DNA from: Planctomycetota bacterium
Lineage (GTDB): Bacteria > Planctomycetota > UBA8108 > SXIK01
Direction: 5' to 3'
NCBI GenBank assembly: GCA_965223845.1
Contig: CBDCXR010000004.1
Location: 2,176,001 to 2,240,000 of the forward strand
DNA length: 64,000 nucleotides
Position 1 is the stretch's first letter, and each line of letters opens with the position of its first letter. A program made the position numbers and the translations under genes. Shown here piece after piece: positions 26,719-36,296 of the stretch. The notes below the pieces were generated by a model, which saw only the letters and a program-made list of their open reading frames with translations, was not told the origin of the DNA and did no database searches.

Positions 26719-27408
26719 ATGTTCACCGGAATCGTCGAGCGCACCGCCGCCGTCACCTCCGTAGCCGAGCGCAGCGGTAACCGTCGACTCGTCCTCGACA
26801 TCGGGGAAGTCAACGGGCGACCCGCGTGGGACGACGTCGCGATCGGGGAGAGTATCGCGGTGAGCGGGACGTGCCTCACGGTCGTCGAGCAACCGTCGCC
26901 GACCGGGATCGCCTTCGACGTCGTCCCCGAGTCGCTCGCGAAGACCACGCTCGGGTCGCTCCGACCGGGTTCTCACGTCAATCTCGAGCGCTCGCTGGCG
27001 GCCGGCGATCGCTTCGGCGGACACTACGTCACCGGCCACATCGACGGCGTCGGAGAGGTGAGCGCTCGCGAGCCCGAGGGCGGACAGATCACCTTCGCGA
27101 TCACCGTCCCGCCCGAGCTCGTCCGTCAGATTCTTCCCAAGGGATCGATCGCGGTCGACGGGATCAGCCTCACCGTGATCGACGTCGACCCCGCGAGGAG
27201 CGGATTCACGTTTGCGGCGATTCCGCACACGCTCGAATGCACGACCCTCGGCGGCACGGCGGTCGGGACGAAGGTCAATCTCGAAACCGACGCATTCGGA
27301 AAGTGGGTCCTCCACGCGGCCGACGGGGCCGCGCGCGGCGAAGGCGGCGACGAGCGGCTGCGCGGCCTCCTCGAAGCGGGAGGTTGGTCGAAGCCTCCGG
27401 CAGACTAG
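26719..27408 (+). CDS. ribE: Riboflavin synthase (alpha chain; ribC in E. coli naming)
   Basis: MFTGIV, GESIAVSGTCLT, VNLER, GGHYVTGHID, KGSIAVDGISLT, VNLE. Confidence 0.96.
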   Translation: MFTGIVERTAAVTSVAERSGNRRLVLDIGEVNGRPAWDDVAIGESIAVSGTCLTVVEQPSPTGIAFDVVPESLAKTTLGSLRPGSHVNLERSLAAGDRFGGHYVTGHIDGVGEVSAREPEGGQITFAITVPPELVRQILPKGSIAVDGISLTVIDVDPARSGFTFAAIPHTLECTTLGGTAVGTKVNLETDAFGKWVLHAADGAARGEGGDERLRGLLEAGGWSKPPAD

Positions 27409-27512
27409 CCCCGTCAGAACCCAGCACGTGATCTGGATTGACCCGACATTCGAGATTGGAAATAACTAATCTCTTGAATCGCCCCTCTTTGGTCAAACGC
27501 GAATTATTTACA

Positions 27513-27526
27513 GGTAAACATTTACC
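27513..27526. promoter_or_regulatory. Palindromic operator-like site in an AT-rich island
   Basis: GGTAAA-CA-TTTACC, ~45 nt upstream of the PHP gene start. Confidence 0.45.
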
Positions 27527-27569
27527 GTTATAGACCTACTCTCTAATTCGTAAGCATGATCGAATAGTC

Positions 27570-28397
27570 TTGTTTGACCTTCACATTCATACTACACTTT
27601 CTGATGGGTATGCGACTCCGTGCGAAGTGGTTCGTCGCGCCCGAGAATGCGGCTTGCGGGGGATCGCGATCGCCGACCACGACAACATCGACGCGTACAA
27701 GGAGCTCGAATCCGCTCATAGCGAGGCCAGCACGGATCGCCTGCGCATCATTCCGGCCGTCGAAGTCAGCGCGAGCCGCGGAGACACCACGATCCACGTG
27801 CTCGGCTACTATCCGCAGGGCTTTTCGAGCTCGGCGCGCGCCTGGATCGAGGAGCTCGTCGCCGCGCGCCGAGCGCGACTCGAGCGTGGGCTGAAGGCCC
27901 TCGCGGCCCGTGGCGTCCATCTCCGCGCGGCCGAGTGCGCGGCCGCCGCCGCGGGGCGCGTCGTGTGCCGGAGCCATCTCGCCGCGATCCTTTGTCAGCG
28001 CGGATTCGCACCGAGCCCGCGTGCGGCGTACCGTCATTTGTTGAGCCCGGCCGTCTTCCCGTCGACCGGAATTGCCGCGACGACGGCGATTCGACGAGTG
28101 GGGGAGACGGGAGGCATCGCGGTGTGGGCGCATCCGAGAAGAGACGAACTCCCCGAGCACCTGAGCGCCTTCGTCGACGCCGGTCTCACGGGGCTCGAGG
28201 TCCTCGTTCCGTGGCGACGACGCGCGGAGAGTAGAGCTCTCCGTGCTTTCGCCGAAGAGAACGGGCTCTGCGTCACCGCGGGATCCGACTGGCACGGCAT
28301 TCCGGGGGGACCAGAACTCGGCCGGTTCTCGGCCCCGGCGGAAGAGATCGCGCCGTTTCTCGAACTGCTCTCGGCGACCGGCGCTCGCCCGACGTAG
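27570..28397 (+). CDS. PHP-domain metal-dependent phosphoesterase (TrpH/YciV-like)
   Basis: DLHIHTTLSDG, IADHD, VEVS, IHVLGY, WAHP, GLEV, GSDWHG. Confidence 0.9.
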   Translation: MFDLHIHTTLSDGYATPCEVVRRARECGLRGIAIADHDNIDAYKELESAHSEASTDRLRIIPAVEVSASRGDTTIHVLGYYPQGFSSSARAWIEELVAARRARLERGLKALAARGVHLRAAECAAAAAGRVVCRSHLAAILCQRGFAPSPRAAYRHLLSPAVFPSTGIAATTAIRRVGETGGIAVWAHPRRDELPEHLSAFVDAGLTGLEVLVPWRRRAESRALRAFAEENGLCVTAGSDWHGIPGGPELGRFSAPAEEIAPFLELLSATGARPT

Positions 28398-28635
28398 TCC
28401 CGGTGAGCGAGATCGAACCCTCCGACGACGAAGCCATCGGAGAAGTCGCGCTCGATCTGACGCGACCCGGCCACCGCTTGCTTCATCCGGCGCCCAACGC
28501 AATCGGAGATTGCCGAGCAACCGCGTCGTCGAGAAGGAGATGTCGGTTGAACAACTCGAGGATTCGGCGCATAAGGGCGGGGCGTAGTCTGGCCGTGATC
28601 GGCCGAGAACGCCGACGCAAACTCCGGTCCTTCCC

Positions 28636-30165
28636 ATGAGCCCGCTGCGAAACCTCCCGTTTCCACCGATTGCCTGCGTCGTCGGCGGCACCGCGGACGC
28701 GGTCGAGACCCAGCTTCGAGCACTCGAACGTATCGACCTAGGCGCGAAACTCGGGGTCGAGCTGCGTGCTGATCTTTGCGCGAGCGCGGAGGCCTCTCTG
28801 TCGCTGCTCAAGCAGCTCAAGCAGCGACGCCCCGTGCTCGTCACGCTGCGCACAAAAGTCGAAGGCGGACGCTGGGAAGGGGATCGCGATCGGGTCTCGA
28901 TCTACAGATCCGCGCTCGAGCTCGGCGCTGACCTCGTCGATGCCGAGTTGCGAAGCGAGGCCGCGCGGGAGTTAGGGGCGGCGGGACTTCCACTCGTCGC
29001 GTCGTACCACGACTTTGCGGGAATGATCGAGCGCCCTGAGCTCGAACGACTGGCGACAGCGGCTCGTGAGCTCGGCGCGCGCGCCGTCAAGGCCATCGCA
29101 ACGGCGGAGTCCGCCGCGGATGGCCTGCGCCTCCTCGAATGGATCGGAGAGAGATCTCCGGACGAACCGGAGCGCATCGGGTTCGCGATGGGCGAACTCG
29201 GCATCTACAGCCGCGTGCTCGCGGTATCGCGCGGCGCGCCGTTTACGTACGGTTCGCTCGACAAGGCCGTGGCGCCGGGTCAAATCTCCGCGCGCGAGTT
29301 GAGCGAAGTCTATCGGGTGGGGGAGCTGCCGCGTGAGGTCAAGGTGTTCGGTGTCGTCGGTCGGCCGATTTCGCATTCGCTCTCGCCGCACATGCACAAC
29401 AGGTGCTTGGCCGGTGCGAGCCCGGCCGCGGTTTACCTGCCGCTCGCCCTAGTAGAGCTCAGCGAAATCGACGCCTTGCGTCGGGGGCTCGACCTCGGCG
29501 GCGTCAGCGTGACGATTCCGTTCAAGGAAGCCGCGCTTCGGTATGCCGACCGGAGCGACGAGCGATCGCGGCGCGCGGGAGCGGCGAACACGCTCGTCTT
29601 CAGTACGGACGGAGCCTCGCACGCGCACAACACGGATTTCGAAGGCGTCGTCGGGCCGCTCCGAAGCCGCGGCGTCGATCTCGAGCAGCTCTCGGTGGGA
29701 GTCATCGGCAACGGCGGTGCGGCCCGCGGGGCCGTCAGCGCGCTACTCGAGAAAGGCGCGTCCCCCACCCTCTACTATCGGAACGTCGAGCGGGGCGGGC
29801 CGGTCGCGGGCGAACTCGGAGTGCCCGGACGTCAGATCGACGAGCTGGCGGGTGGCCAGCATCGCGTACTCATCAATGCGACACCGCTCGGACTCCACGC
29901 CGAGGATCGATCGCCGGTGCGAGCCGAGCAGCTTCGCGGCGCCGATGTTGCGTTCGATATGGTGTACACGAACGGGAAGCCGACGGTATTTCTACGCACG
30001 GCTGCGACGGTGGGCGTCGGGACGCGCATCGGCGGACACGAGATGCTCGTCGCGCAAGGTACGGTTCAGTTTCAACTCTTCACTGGTCGCGAAGCGCACG
30101 CGGACGACTTCGAAGCGGGTCTTGTTGCCGAGTGGGAGTACCGCGCGCAATTCGGATCGAATTAG
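28636..30165 (+). CDS. aroDE: Bifunctional type I 3-dehydroquinate dehydratase / shikimate dehydrogenase
   Basis: N-term ELRAD, TLR..EGG, SYHDF, VK, AMG..G..SR, APGQ; C-term HSLSP.MHN, SVTIPFK, ANT, NTD, GNGGAAR, INATP.G, DMVY. Confidence 0.93.
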   Translation: MSPLRNLPFPPIACVVGGTADAVETQLRALERIDLGAKLGVELRADLCASAEASLSLLKQLKQRRPVLVTLRTKVEGGRWEGDRDRVSIYRSALELGADLVDAELRSEAARELGAAGLPLVASYHDFAGMIERPELERLATAARELGARAVKAIATAESAADGLRLLEWIGERSPDEPERIGFAMGELGIYSRVLAVSRGAPFTYGSLDKAVAPGQISARELSEVYRVGELPREVKVFGVVGRPISHSLSPHMHNRCLAGASPAAVYLPLALVELSEIDALRRGLDLGGVSVTIPFKEAALRYADRSDERSRRAGAANTLVFSTDGASHAHNTDFEGVVGPLRSRGVDLEQLSVGVIGNGGAARGAVSALLEKGASPTLYYRNVERGGPVAGELGVPGRQIDELAGGQHRVLINATPLGLHAEDRSPVRAEQLRGADVAFDMVYTNGKPTVFLRTAATVGVGTRIGGHEMLVAQGTVQFQLFTGREAHADDFEAGLVAEWEYRAQFGSN

Positions 30166-30248
30166 ACGCCATCTCAGGCCGAACGCTGGTACGAACCGGA
30201 AGAAGCGGAGCGGGACCTCGATCCCACTCGCCATCAGACCGCCCCACC

Positions 30249-30276
30249 GGGTCCGATAATCAATATTATGATGAGT
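30249..30276 (+). other. XerC/XerD dif-like recombination site
   Basis: GGGTCCGATAA-TCAATA-TTATGATGAGT: 11-6-11 layout with inner ATAA/TTAT; right arm matches E. coli XerD arm TTATGTTAAAT at 8/11; intergenic and AT-rich. Confidence 0.6.
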
Positions 30277-30456
30277 TGAGTAGGGGGCAGCCGCGAACGA
30301 ACCGCTACGCAGCACACAGAGCCGCGCCCTGCCACTGGCGACAAAAGGATTTGGCTTTCTCTCTTCGCTCCGCGACGTACACTGTTGCGCGTCTCTCTTG
30401 CTCTTCGCACGTCGATCGAACCCGACGCGCCTCGAAGAATCAAGCACCCGATCCGA

Positions 30457-30894
30457 ATGAGACGCACGACTCAAACCTCGAACGTCAACGCGCCGCGGCG
30501 ATCGCGCGCCGCGACCATCGCAATCGCCGGGATCGCAGCCGCAGTCGTCGCTAGCGCTCCCGGCTGCGCCGCGATTTTCCGCGGGACCACGCAGACGGTC
30601 ACGATTCGAACGGATCCACCCGGACGCTCGGTGCACTACCAGGGACTCGAGATTACGGACGGCTCCGCCGTTTCGATTCGAAAACGCGCCGAAGAGCCGC
30701 GAGTCTACGTCGGAGCGTGGTCGCGAGAGCTCTCGTACGAGCCCGATCCGCTCCTCATCGCGGATGCAGCACTCCTCGTCGTGTTCGTGATCCCCGGCAT
30801 CGTCGCGCTCGGAATCGACTTCGCGACCGGCGCGTGGCGGGACCTCGACGACGTGCAGAGAATCTATGTCCCCGATCCGCCGCAAGGCGAGTGA
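30457..30894 (+). CDS. Hypothetical lipoprotein with PEGA-like segment and C-terminal hydrophobic hairpin
   Basis: Lipobox-like APGC followed by AAIFRGTTQTVTIRTDPPG; C-terminal GIDFATGAW. Confidence 0.7.
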   Translation: MRRTTQTSNVNAPRRSRAATIAIAGIAAAVVASAPGCAAIFRGTTQTVTIRTDPPGRSVHYQGLEITDGSAVSIRKRAEEPRVYVGAWSRELSYEPDPLLIADAALLVVFVIPGIVALGIDFATGAWRDLDDVQRIYVPDPPQGE

Positions 30895-31163
30895 TTCAAG
30901 AGCCTTACGTCCGGTCCGGCGCGGACGCGCCGAGCGGGAGCGGCGAGAGATTGAGGTCCTGCGCAGATCAGACGAGCGCGCTGACGAAACGGACAAAACT
31001 TTCCGAAAAACCCAAAAGTTCCGATTCTGTGCTGCCGACGACAGCAGGGTAAGCGACGTTTACGGAACCCCTTCGCGGGTGCGTCGCACGTCGGGACGGT
31101 AGTCGCGTCGGCTACCGACGGCAGAACGGATCAGTTCTCATCCTGTTTATGGAGGAGATGGTA

Positions 31164-31487
31164 ATGCGTACCCTGTGCTCCTTGGCCGCAGTCGGCCTCA
31201 TCGTGTCGTCGATCGGTTGTGCGTCGGGCCCCACCCCGCTCCAGGGCCTGATCTTCGCGGACACCCAGTACCCCGGGTACTACGAGGGAGTGAGTGAGGA
31301 AGGTCCGGGCAGCAAGTCCGGCACGTCGAGCATGGTCGCCTACCTCGGCCTGATCGCCATGGGCGATGCGAGCATCGAGGCGGCTTGCCAAGATGGCGGC
31401 ATCAAGCAGATCAAGACGGTCGACCACCACTACAAGTCGATCCTCGGGATCATTCAGAACTGGGAGACGAACGTCACCGGCGAATAG
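31164..31487 (+). CDS. TRL-like family lipoprotein
   Basis: GGAGG RBS, lipobox SIGC, SKSG....YLGLIAMGDASIEAA..GGI..I..VDH..SILG...T.V.GE pattern. Confidence 0.8.
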   Translation: MRTLCSLAAVGLIVSSIGCASGPTPLQGLIFADTQYPGYYEGVSEEGPGSKSGTSSMVAYLGLIAMGDASIEAACQDGGIKQIKTVDHHYKSILGIIQNWETNVTGE

Positions 31488-31511
31488 TCTGGCTGACGCT
31501 CGATCGAGTTG

Positions 31512-31552
31512 AACGGGGAGGGCGCGAGCTCCATCGTGCCCTCCCCGTTTTT
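31512..31552 (+). terminator. Rho-independent terminator
   Basis: AACGGGGAGGGCGCGA/TCGTGCCCTCCCCGTT stem plus T run. Confidence 0.8.
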
Positions 31553-31579
31553 ATTGTTCTCGAATCGCGCCGGTCTGGA

Positions 31580-31939
31580 TCACGGTTGTCCGCGAGGCTC
31601 AGCGTGGGCAGGGGACACTTCGGAAAGCGCCGACCAGTCGAACTGCCACTCCGAAAGCCCAAAGCTTTCCGTGCTGCCGAATTCGTCCTTGAGTCGCCGG
31701 AGGGCGCGAAAGAGGAGCATCGATGCCGCGTCCCTGCTCCGGCTCATCCGCGTCGCCACTTGCTGCATCGGAAGCCCGCACAGTCGCGCCAGGATGATGA
31801 CTTCACGATAGTCGGCCGGCAGTCTACCGAGAGATTCCCCCAACCGCTTGAACCGCTCCTCCCGCTGAAGTCGCTGGGATCTTCTTCGCGCCGTCGGGGG
31901 TGATGGACGTCGTCGGTCGCGCCACGAGGGCCGCCCCAC
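31580..31939 (-). pseudogene. C-terminal (region 4) remnant of an ECF sigma factor
   Basis: SQRLQREERFKRLGESLGRLPADYREVIILARLCGLPMQQVATRMSRSRDAASMLLFRALRRL is a sigma region 4; no in-frame region 2 upstream. Confidence 0.65.
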
Positions 31940-32705
31940 CCGTCATGTCCTCACGCGCGATGCGCCGCGCCGTATCGCGACTTTTCGCGAATCCCCGGAC
32001 CCCATTCGGTCGATGAAAGGCGCCCCGGTCGCCGAAGCGTCCGGGGCGTTATGGAGGGTAGAAATGCGGGCTGTCCCTTGCGGGACAGGAATAGGGTATG
32101 GGGTAGCTAGGGGACGGGAGGAGGCACTCCGTCGCGAGCGCGGATCCGCGGGCACGAGAAACGGCGGACGAGACGACAACGCTGCTCGCTGTCGACTCCC
32201 ACCGCCCGCGCCGGCACGTCCGTCCGTGCGCTGAGCGACCTCCGCTTGGTGACACCCGGAGTTCGGTGTGCGTGCGGCACGACCGTCGTCGGTGCGTAAG
32301 GCCTCGCGACTCCCTCAAGTAGAGATTCCGGGAAGCAGCGTGATCCCAGGATCTTCCACGCCGCGGCTGAACTCACGAGAGGATCCGTTCGAGACGGATT
32401 GCGGGACACGAACCGATCGCGCCGCGATCGCCGTGTCCGGTGGAGCGGCCGCGACGGATCGCGCCCGTTCACACACCGCGCCTGGATCATCGATCCCCCC
32501 TCTTGAGAAAGGCAGCGGAGAAGGAGACGCTCCGGTTCCTCTTCATTACCGGGCGCTCACAAACCTGCTATCGGCGCCCGCGGGGGAGAACTTTAGAGAA
32601 TCTTGACCGAATTCTCGCGGGAGAGTCGAAGCGCGAATCGGAGAAGGCGAACCGATCTCGGCGCCCGCGAAATCACGCCCCACTCACGGCCTCACCGGCC
32701 GGGAC

Positions 32706-33986
32706 TCATTCCTTCCCGATGCGGTAGAGGAACCGATCCGAGCGGAGGAGAATCCCGCCGTCGATCGGAACCGGACCGGCGTTGAAGTCACCCGGATCCG
32801 ATTCGATCACGTTGTGCGCGATCGTCTTGAACTTCGGCGCGGCATCGAACACGAAGGTCCCGTCCCGCCGGGAAACGGCGAAGATCTTCCCGTCCGCGAC
32901 GACGACCGACGCGTACACGGATCCCGCGCCGTCGAGTCGCTCCTCGAACTTGACGTCTCCCGTCGCGGCGTCGAGGCAGTAGGCGATTCCACCGCGGTCA
33001 CTGACCCAGTAGAGGTGCCCCTCGTACGCGATCGGTGAGGTCACGTAGGCGCCGGGACGACTCGTCCACGCGACGGCCGACTTCGTCACGTCACCCTTCC
33101 CGCCGATCTTGACGGCCGTAGTCCCCCCGCTCCTTCCGAGGACGAACGCTTTCCCGTCGTGAACCACGACGCTCGAGCACATTGCGCGTTCGCGCGACGT
33201 CTCGGCGTACCAGCGGAGCTTGCCGTTCGCGGGATTGATCGACCAGAGCTCGTCCGGAACACTCACGAGAAGCTCGTCGCGCCCGCCCGCGTTCACGACG
33301 ATCGGAGTTCCCCACCAGGCACCGTAGCCCTCGGCCGGAGCGCGCCACTCTTCGACCCCGGTCTTCTTGTTGAACGCGACGATCGACTCGCACTCGACAC
33401 TGGCCGGCACGATCACGAGGTCACCGTGAAGAACGACGCTCGACGCCGAGCCGAAGTTGTGGGTTCTCGGGTCCGGATCCACCTCCGCTCGCCACACCTC
33501 TCGCCCGTCCAAACTGTACGCGACGACGCCCGAGCGGCCGAAATACGCGAACACTCGCGCGCCGTCGGTCGCGGGAGTGCTCGACGCATAGCCGTGATTC
33601 GGAATTCCGATCCCGTCGTACTCACGCTCCGGCTGCTTCGCCGCGATCGACTGATTCCAGACAGTTTTCCCCGTCTCGCGATCCACGCAGATGACGTGAA
33701 GACGCAAATCTTCAAGCTTTCCCGGGTTTCGTCGATCGACGCCGTAACCCGAGTAGCACGTGACGAACACTCGATTCTTCGCCACGATCGGACTGGAGCT
33801 CCCCGGGCCCGGAAGAGGCTCCTTCCAGCGGATCCCATCCTCTTCGCTCCAGGAGGTAGGGACGTTCTTCGCATCCGAGATGCCGCTCCCCGACGGGCCG
33901 CGGAAGCGCTGCCAGTCCGCGTTGACAGGAGCTGCGATGAGCAAGAAACCGGCAGCAAGAAGCGACGAACGATCAAGAATACGCAT
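32706..33986 (-). CDS. Secreted PQQ-like beta-propeller repeat protein (BamB-like family)
   Basis: Signal peptide, ADWQRFRGPSGSG, P..WS....W, SSPIV, YASSTPATDG, repeated GxxxW blades. Confidence 0.9.
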   Translation of the reverse strand: MRILDRSSLLAAGFLLIAAPVNADWQRFRGPSGSGISDAKNVPTSWSEEDGIRWKEPLPGPGSSSPIVAKNRVFVTCYSGYGVDRRNPGKLEDLRLHVICVDRETGKTVWNQSIAAKQPEREYDGIGIPNHGYASSTPATDGARVFAYFGRSGVVAYSLDGREVWRAEVDPDPRTHNFGSASSVVLHGDLVIVPASVECESIVAFNKKTGVEEWRAPAEGYGAWWGTPIVVNAGGRDELLVSVPDELWSINPANGKLRWYAETSRERAMCSSVVVHDGKAFVLGRSGGTTAVKIGGKGDVTKSAVAWTSRPGAYVTSPIAYEGHLYWVSDRGGIAYCLDAATGDVKFEERLDGAGSVYASVVVADGKIFAVSRRDGTFVFDAAPKFKTIAHNVIESDPGDFNAGPVPIDGGILLRSDRFLYRIGKE

Positions 33987-34125
33987 GAGGACACCTTCTC
34001 ACGGCGTTGGCGGGATAGATTCGGAGCATCGGAGCTGAAACCCCGACGCGCGCGTCCGGTTCCGGGCGAAACTCCGGGCCGACGGGCGCTCGAGCGAGCG
34101 CCGAGACGTCTCGATCGCCCGCTGC

Positions 34126-34743
34126 TCAGCCCCGCGTGAGCTCCGGTCCGATCGTGTCGGGAGGAGGCGTGTCTCCCCGGAGGCGACGGGCCGTTTCGGC
34201 GAAATCGACCCGCCACTCGCCTTCCTCGTGAACAAAAATGACGTCCATTTCGCGGTAGACCGACGGCTCGTCCTCAGATGAGACCTTGGCGGTCACCTTG
34301 ATCACGGCCCAGCTCTCGTCGGCGGAGACCTGCGTCGAGCCGACGTGGTGGAGCGCACTCACGACGAGGTCGTACACCGACACGTCGAGGACCGGGTCGT
34401 CGAACAGACGGAGACCGACCTCGAATCGGAGCGGGCCGATCATTTCGCGCGACTCCGCCGATAGAGACTCGTAGGCGAAGTCCCATTGGTGGGCCTCGAC
34501 CGCATAGACGAATCCGCGCAGCGTCGAGGTTGGCCAATCGCGCGCAAAGTACTTTTCGGCGCGCGGCGCGGGGACGCAGCACGCGCCGACGGCGAGCGCC
34601 AGCAGCGCCGGCGCGAAGATGCGCGCGGCGCGCCGGACGCATCGCGGGTGTCGACGACTCTGCCCGCCGCCCGCCGTCCGCGCGCCCGGTTCGCGCCGCC
34701 TACCGCTGCGCGGATCCTCCCCCACCGAGCTCGATTCGATCAA
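34126..34743 (-). CDS. Hypothetical lipoprotein (NTF2-like fold suspected)
   Basis: Lipobox AVGAC, PTSTLRGFVYAV....AYESLS, FVHEEGEWRVD; start uncertain (TTG 34743 after GGAGAGG). Confidence 0.65.
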   Translation of the reverse strand: MIESSSVGEDPRSGRRREPGARTAGGGQSRRHPRCVRRAARIFAPALLALAVGACCVPAPRAEKYFARDWPTSTLRGFVYAVEAHQWDFAYESLSAESREMIGPLRFEVGLRLFDDPVLDVSVYDLVVSALHHVGSTQVSADESWAVIKVTAKVSSEDEPSVYREMDVIFVHEEGEWRVDFAETARRLRGDTPPPDTIGPELTRG

Positions 34744-34799
34744 CGGTTCCCTCTCCCGACGCGCCTCGGCAACCGCCGATCGCTCGTGAGCGATCGCGC

Positions 34800-35267
34800 C
34801 TACCGACGTACGGACAGATCCGCGCTCGTAGCGATCGGGCCGGACTTCCGCAGCTCCGAGTCGCGCGTGAGCTGCCACATCTCTACATCTCCCGTGCGCG
34901 AATTACAAATCCACAGGATCTGATTCAAGTTGCGGTCACTCAAAGTGATCGACGAGTGCTCGGCCGGAAACGCATTCAAGTCGATCTGGGCAACGCGGCT
35001 CCGCTGCACCGTCGAGTACTCGTTGTTGAGAAAGGTGTACGCCGCCATCCGCCCGTTCGTGCGGTTGACGACCCAGACCGTGCGGCGACTCGGCAAAAAG
35101 GAAAACTCGCCTTCGCCGAGATCGACCGTCGCCGCCGCCACCGACGGCATCCAGGTCGGCGCCGCGGCATCGGGACGAGACGTCAGCGCGGACCCCGCGA
35201 TCGCACCTACCGCCAAGATGAGCATCCACGTCGCCAGTCGTCCGCGGGAGAGGTTCAGGCTTTCCAT
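34800..35267 (-). CDS. Hypothetical exported protein with two propeller-blade-like repeats
   Basis: N-terminal hydrophobic segment; VWVVNRTNGRMAAY and LWICNSRTGDVEMW; overlaps the nuclease gene stop. Confidence 0.7.
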   Translation of the reverse strand: MESLNLSRGRLATWMLILAVGAIAGSALTSRPDAAAPTWMPSVAAATVDLGEGEFSFLPSRRTVWVVNRTNGRMAAYTFLNNEYSTVQRSRVAQIDLNAFPAEHSSITLSDRNLNQILWICNSRTGDVEMWQLTRDSELRKSGPIATSADLSVRR

Positions 35268-35890
35268 TCTTCGTCGTCCTCGTCTTCGCTGAATTCTTCC
35301 ATGGGATCGAGGAACGTGTCCTCGGAGCCGCCTTCTTCTTCCTCTCCACTCCGGATCTCGAACTCGATCGAACCGAACTCGACCTCGAGAGACTCTCCCC
35401 CTTCGCCCGACACCGACATCTGGCCGGAGGAAAGCGTTCCTTCGACTTCCTCAGCCATGTTCGTCACGTCCGGTACCTGCTCGAACACATCGCTGGTGAC
35501 GAACAAGTCCACGGAGTTCTTGAGGGCGAGCACGAAGCAGTCGCTCGGCCGAGCATCGATCCGCACTTCGTTCCGGCGTCCGGCCCAGTCTTCGGTCCCG
35601 TTCTCCGCGAGCTTCTGCCGCAGAAACAGCGTGGCGCAGAAGGTGTTCTCGATGATGCTCGAGATAATCACCTTCGTGACCTCGACGTCGAACCCGATGC
35701 AGATGTTCTGAATGAGCTCGTGCGTGAGCGGACGCGCCGGCACCTCGTTGTTGATCTCGCGGATCAGAGCCGCCGCCTCGTAGAACCCGATAAAGACGAC
35801 GAACGTCTTCTTGTCGTTCCCCAGGAGCACGGCCGCACCACTCGGCGTCGGACCGATAATTCGTTTGATGTCGACTTTCTCGAGCTCCAC
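35255..35890 (-). CDS. Bifunctional nuclease (BFN/DUF151) family protein with acidic tail
   Basis: IGFYEAAA, RPLTHEL, FCATL, IDARPSD..VLAL. Confidence 0.9.
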   Translation of the reverse strand: MELEKVDIKRIIGPTPSGAAVLLGNDKKTFVVFIGFYEAAALIREINNEVPARPLTHELIQNICIGFDVEVTKVIISSIIENTFCATLFLRQKLAENGTEDWAGRRNEVRIDARPSDCFVLALKNSVDLFVTSDVFEQVPDVTNMAEEVEGTLSSGQMSVSGEGGESLEVEFGSIEFEIRSGEEEEGGSEDTFLDPMEEFSEDEDDEEWKA

Positions 35891-36044
35891 TCCGTCACCT
35901 GTCGTCGACGTCTGAGACAGTTCGAAACCCGGTTCGGGGCCCGCGACTCCCGTTGCGCCTTCGCGGTCTTATCTGGATCGGTCGGCGCGAAGGCGTTCCT
36001 TAGTTCGACTTTCGCGATCCTCGCGCCCTGCGGCGGCTCTTACT

Positions 36045-36296
36045 CTACCAGCCCCACAAGTTGAACGTATCCACGAGCGGCTCGTGCGTGAGCTCGTTGC
36101 CCTCTCCGATGAGGAGGGTGACGAAGTCCTTCGCAGGAGTCGCAAAGGTGACGTCCTCCGGGTCGAGGATCTCCCCGACCGACCAGCGCAGCTCGCTCAT
36201 CTGATACGAAAACGTCCCGCCGGGGCCCGGCGAGGTGCAGCCCGACAAGATCGTCAGACCGGCGGAGAAGAACAGCGCGCGGATGGCAATCTTCAT
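36045..36296 (-). CDS. Small lipoprotein (83 aa)
   Basis: MKIAIRALFFSAGLTILSGC lipobox; ATGA overlap with the upstream ORF. Confidence 0.7.
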   Translation of the reverse strand: MKIAIRALFFSAGLTILSGCTSPGPGGTFSYQMSELRWSVGEILDPEDVTFATPAKDFVTLLIGEGNELTHEPLVDTFNLWGW

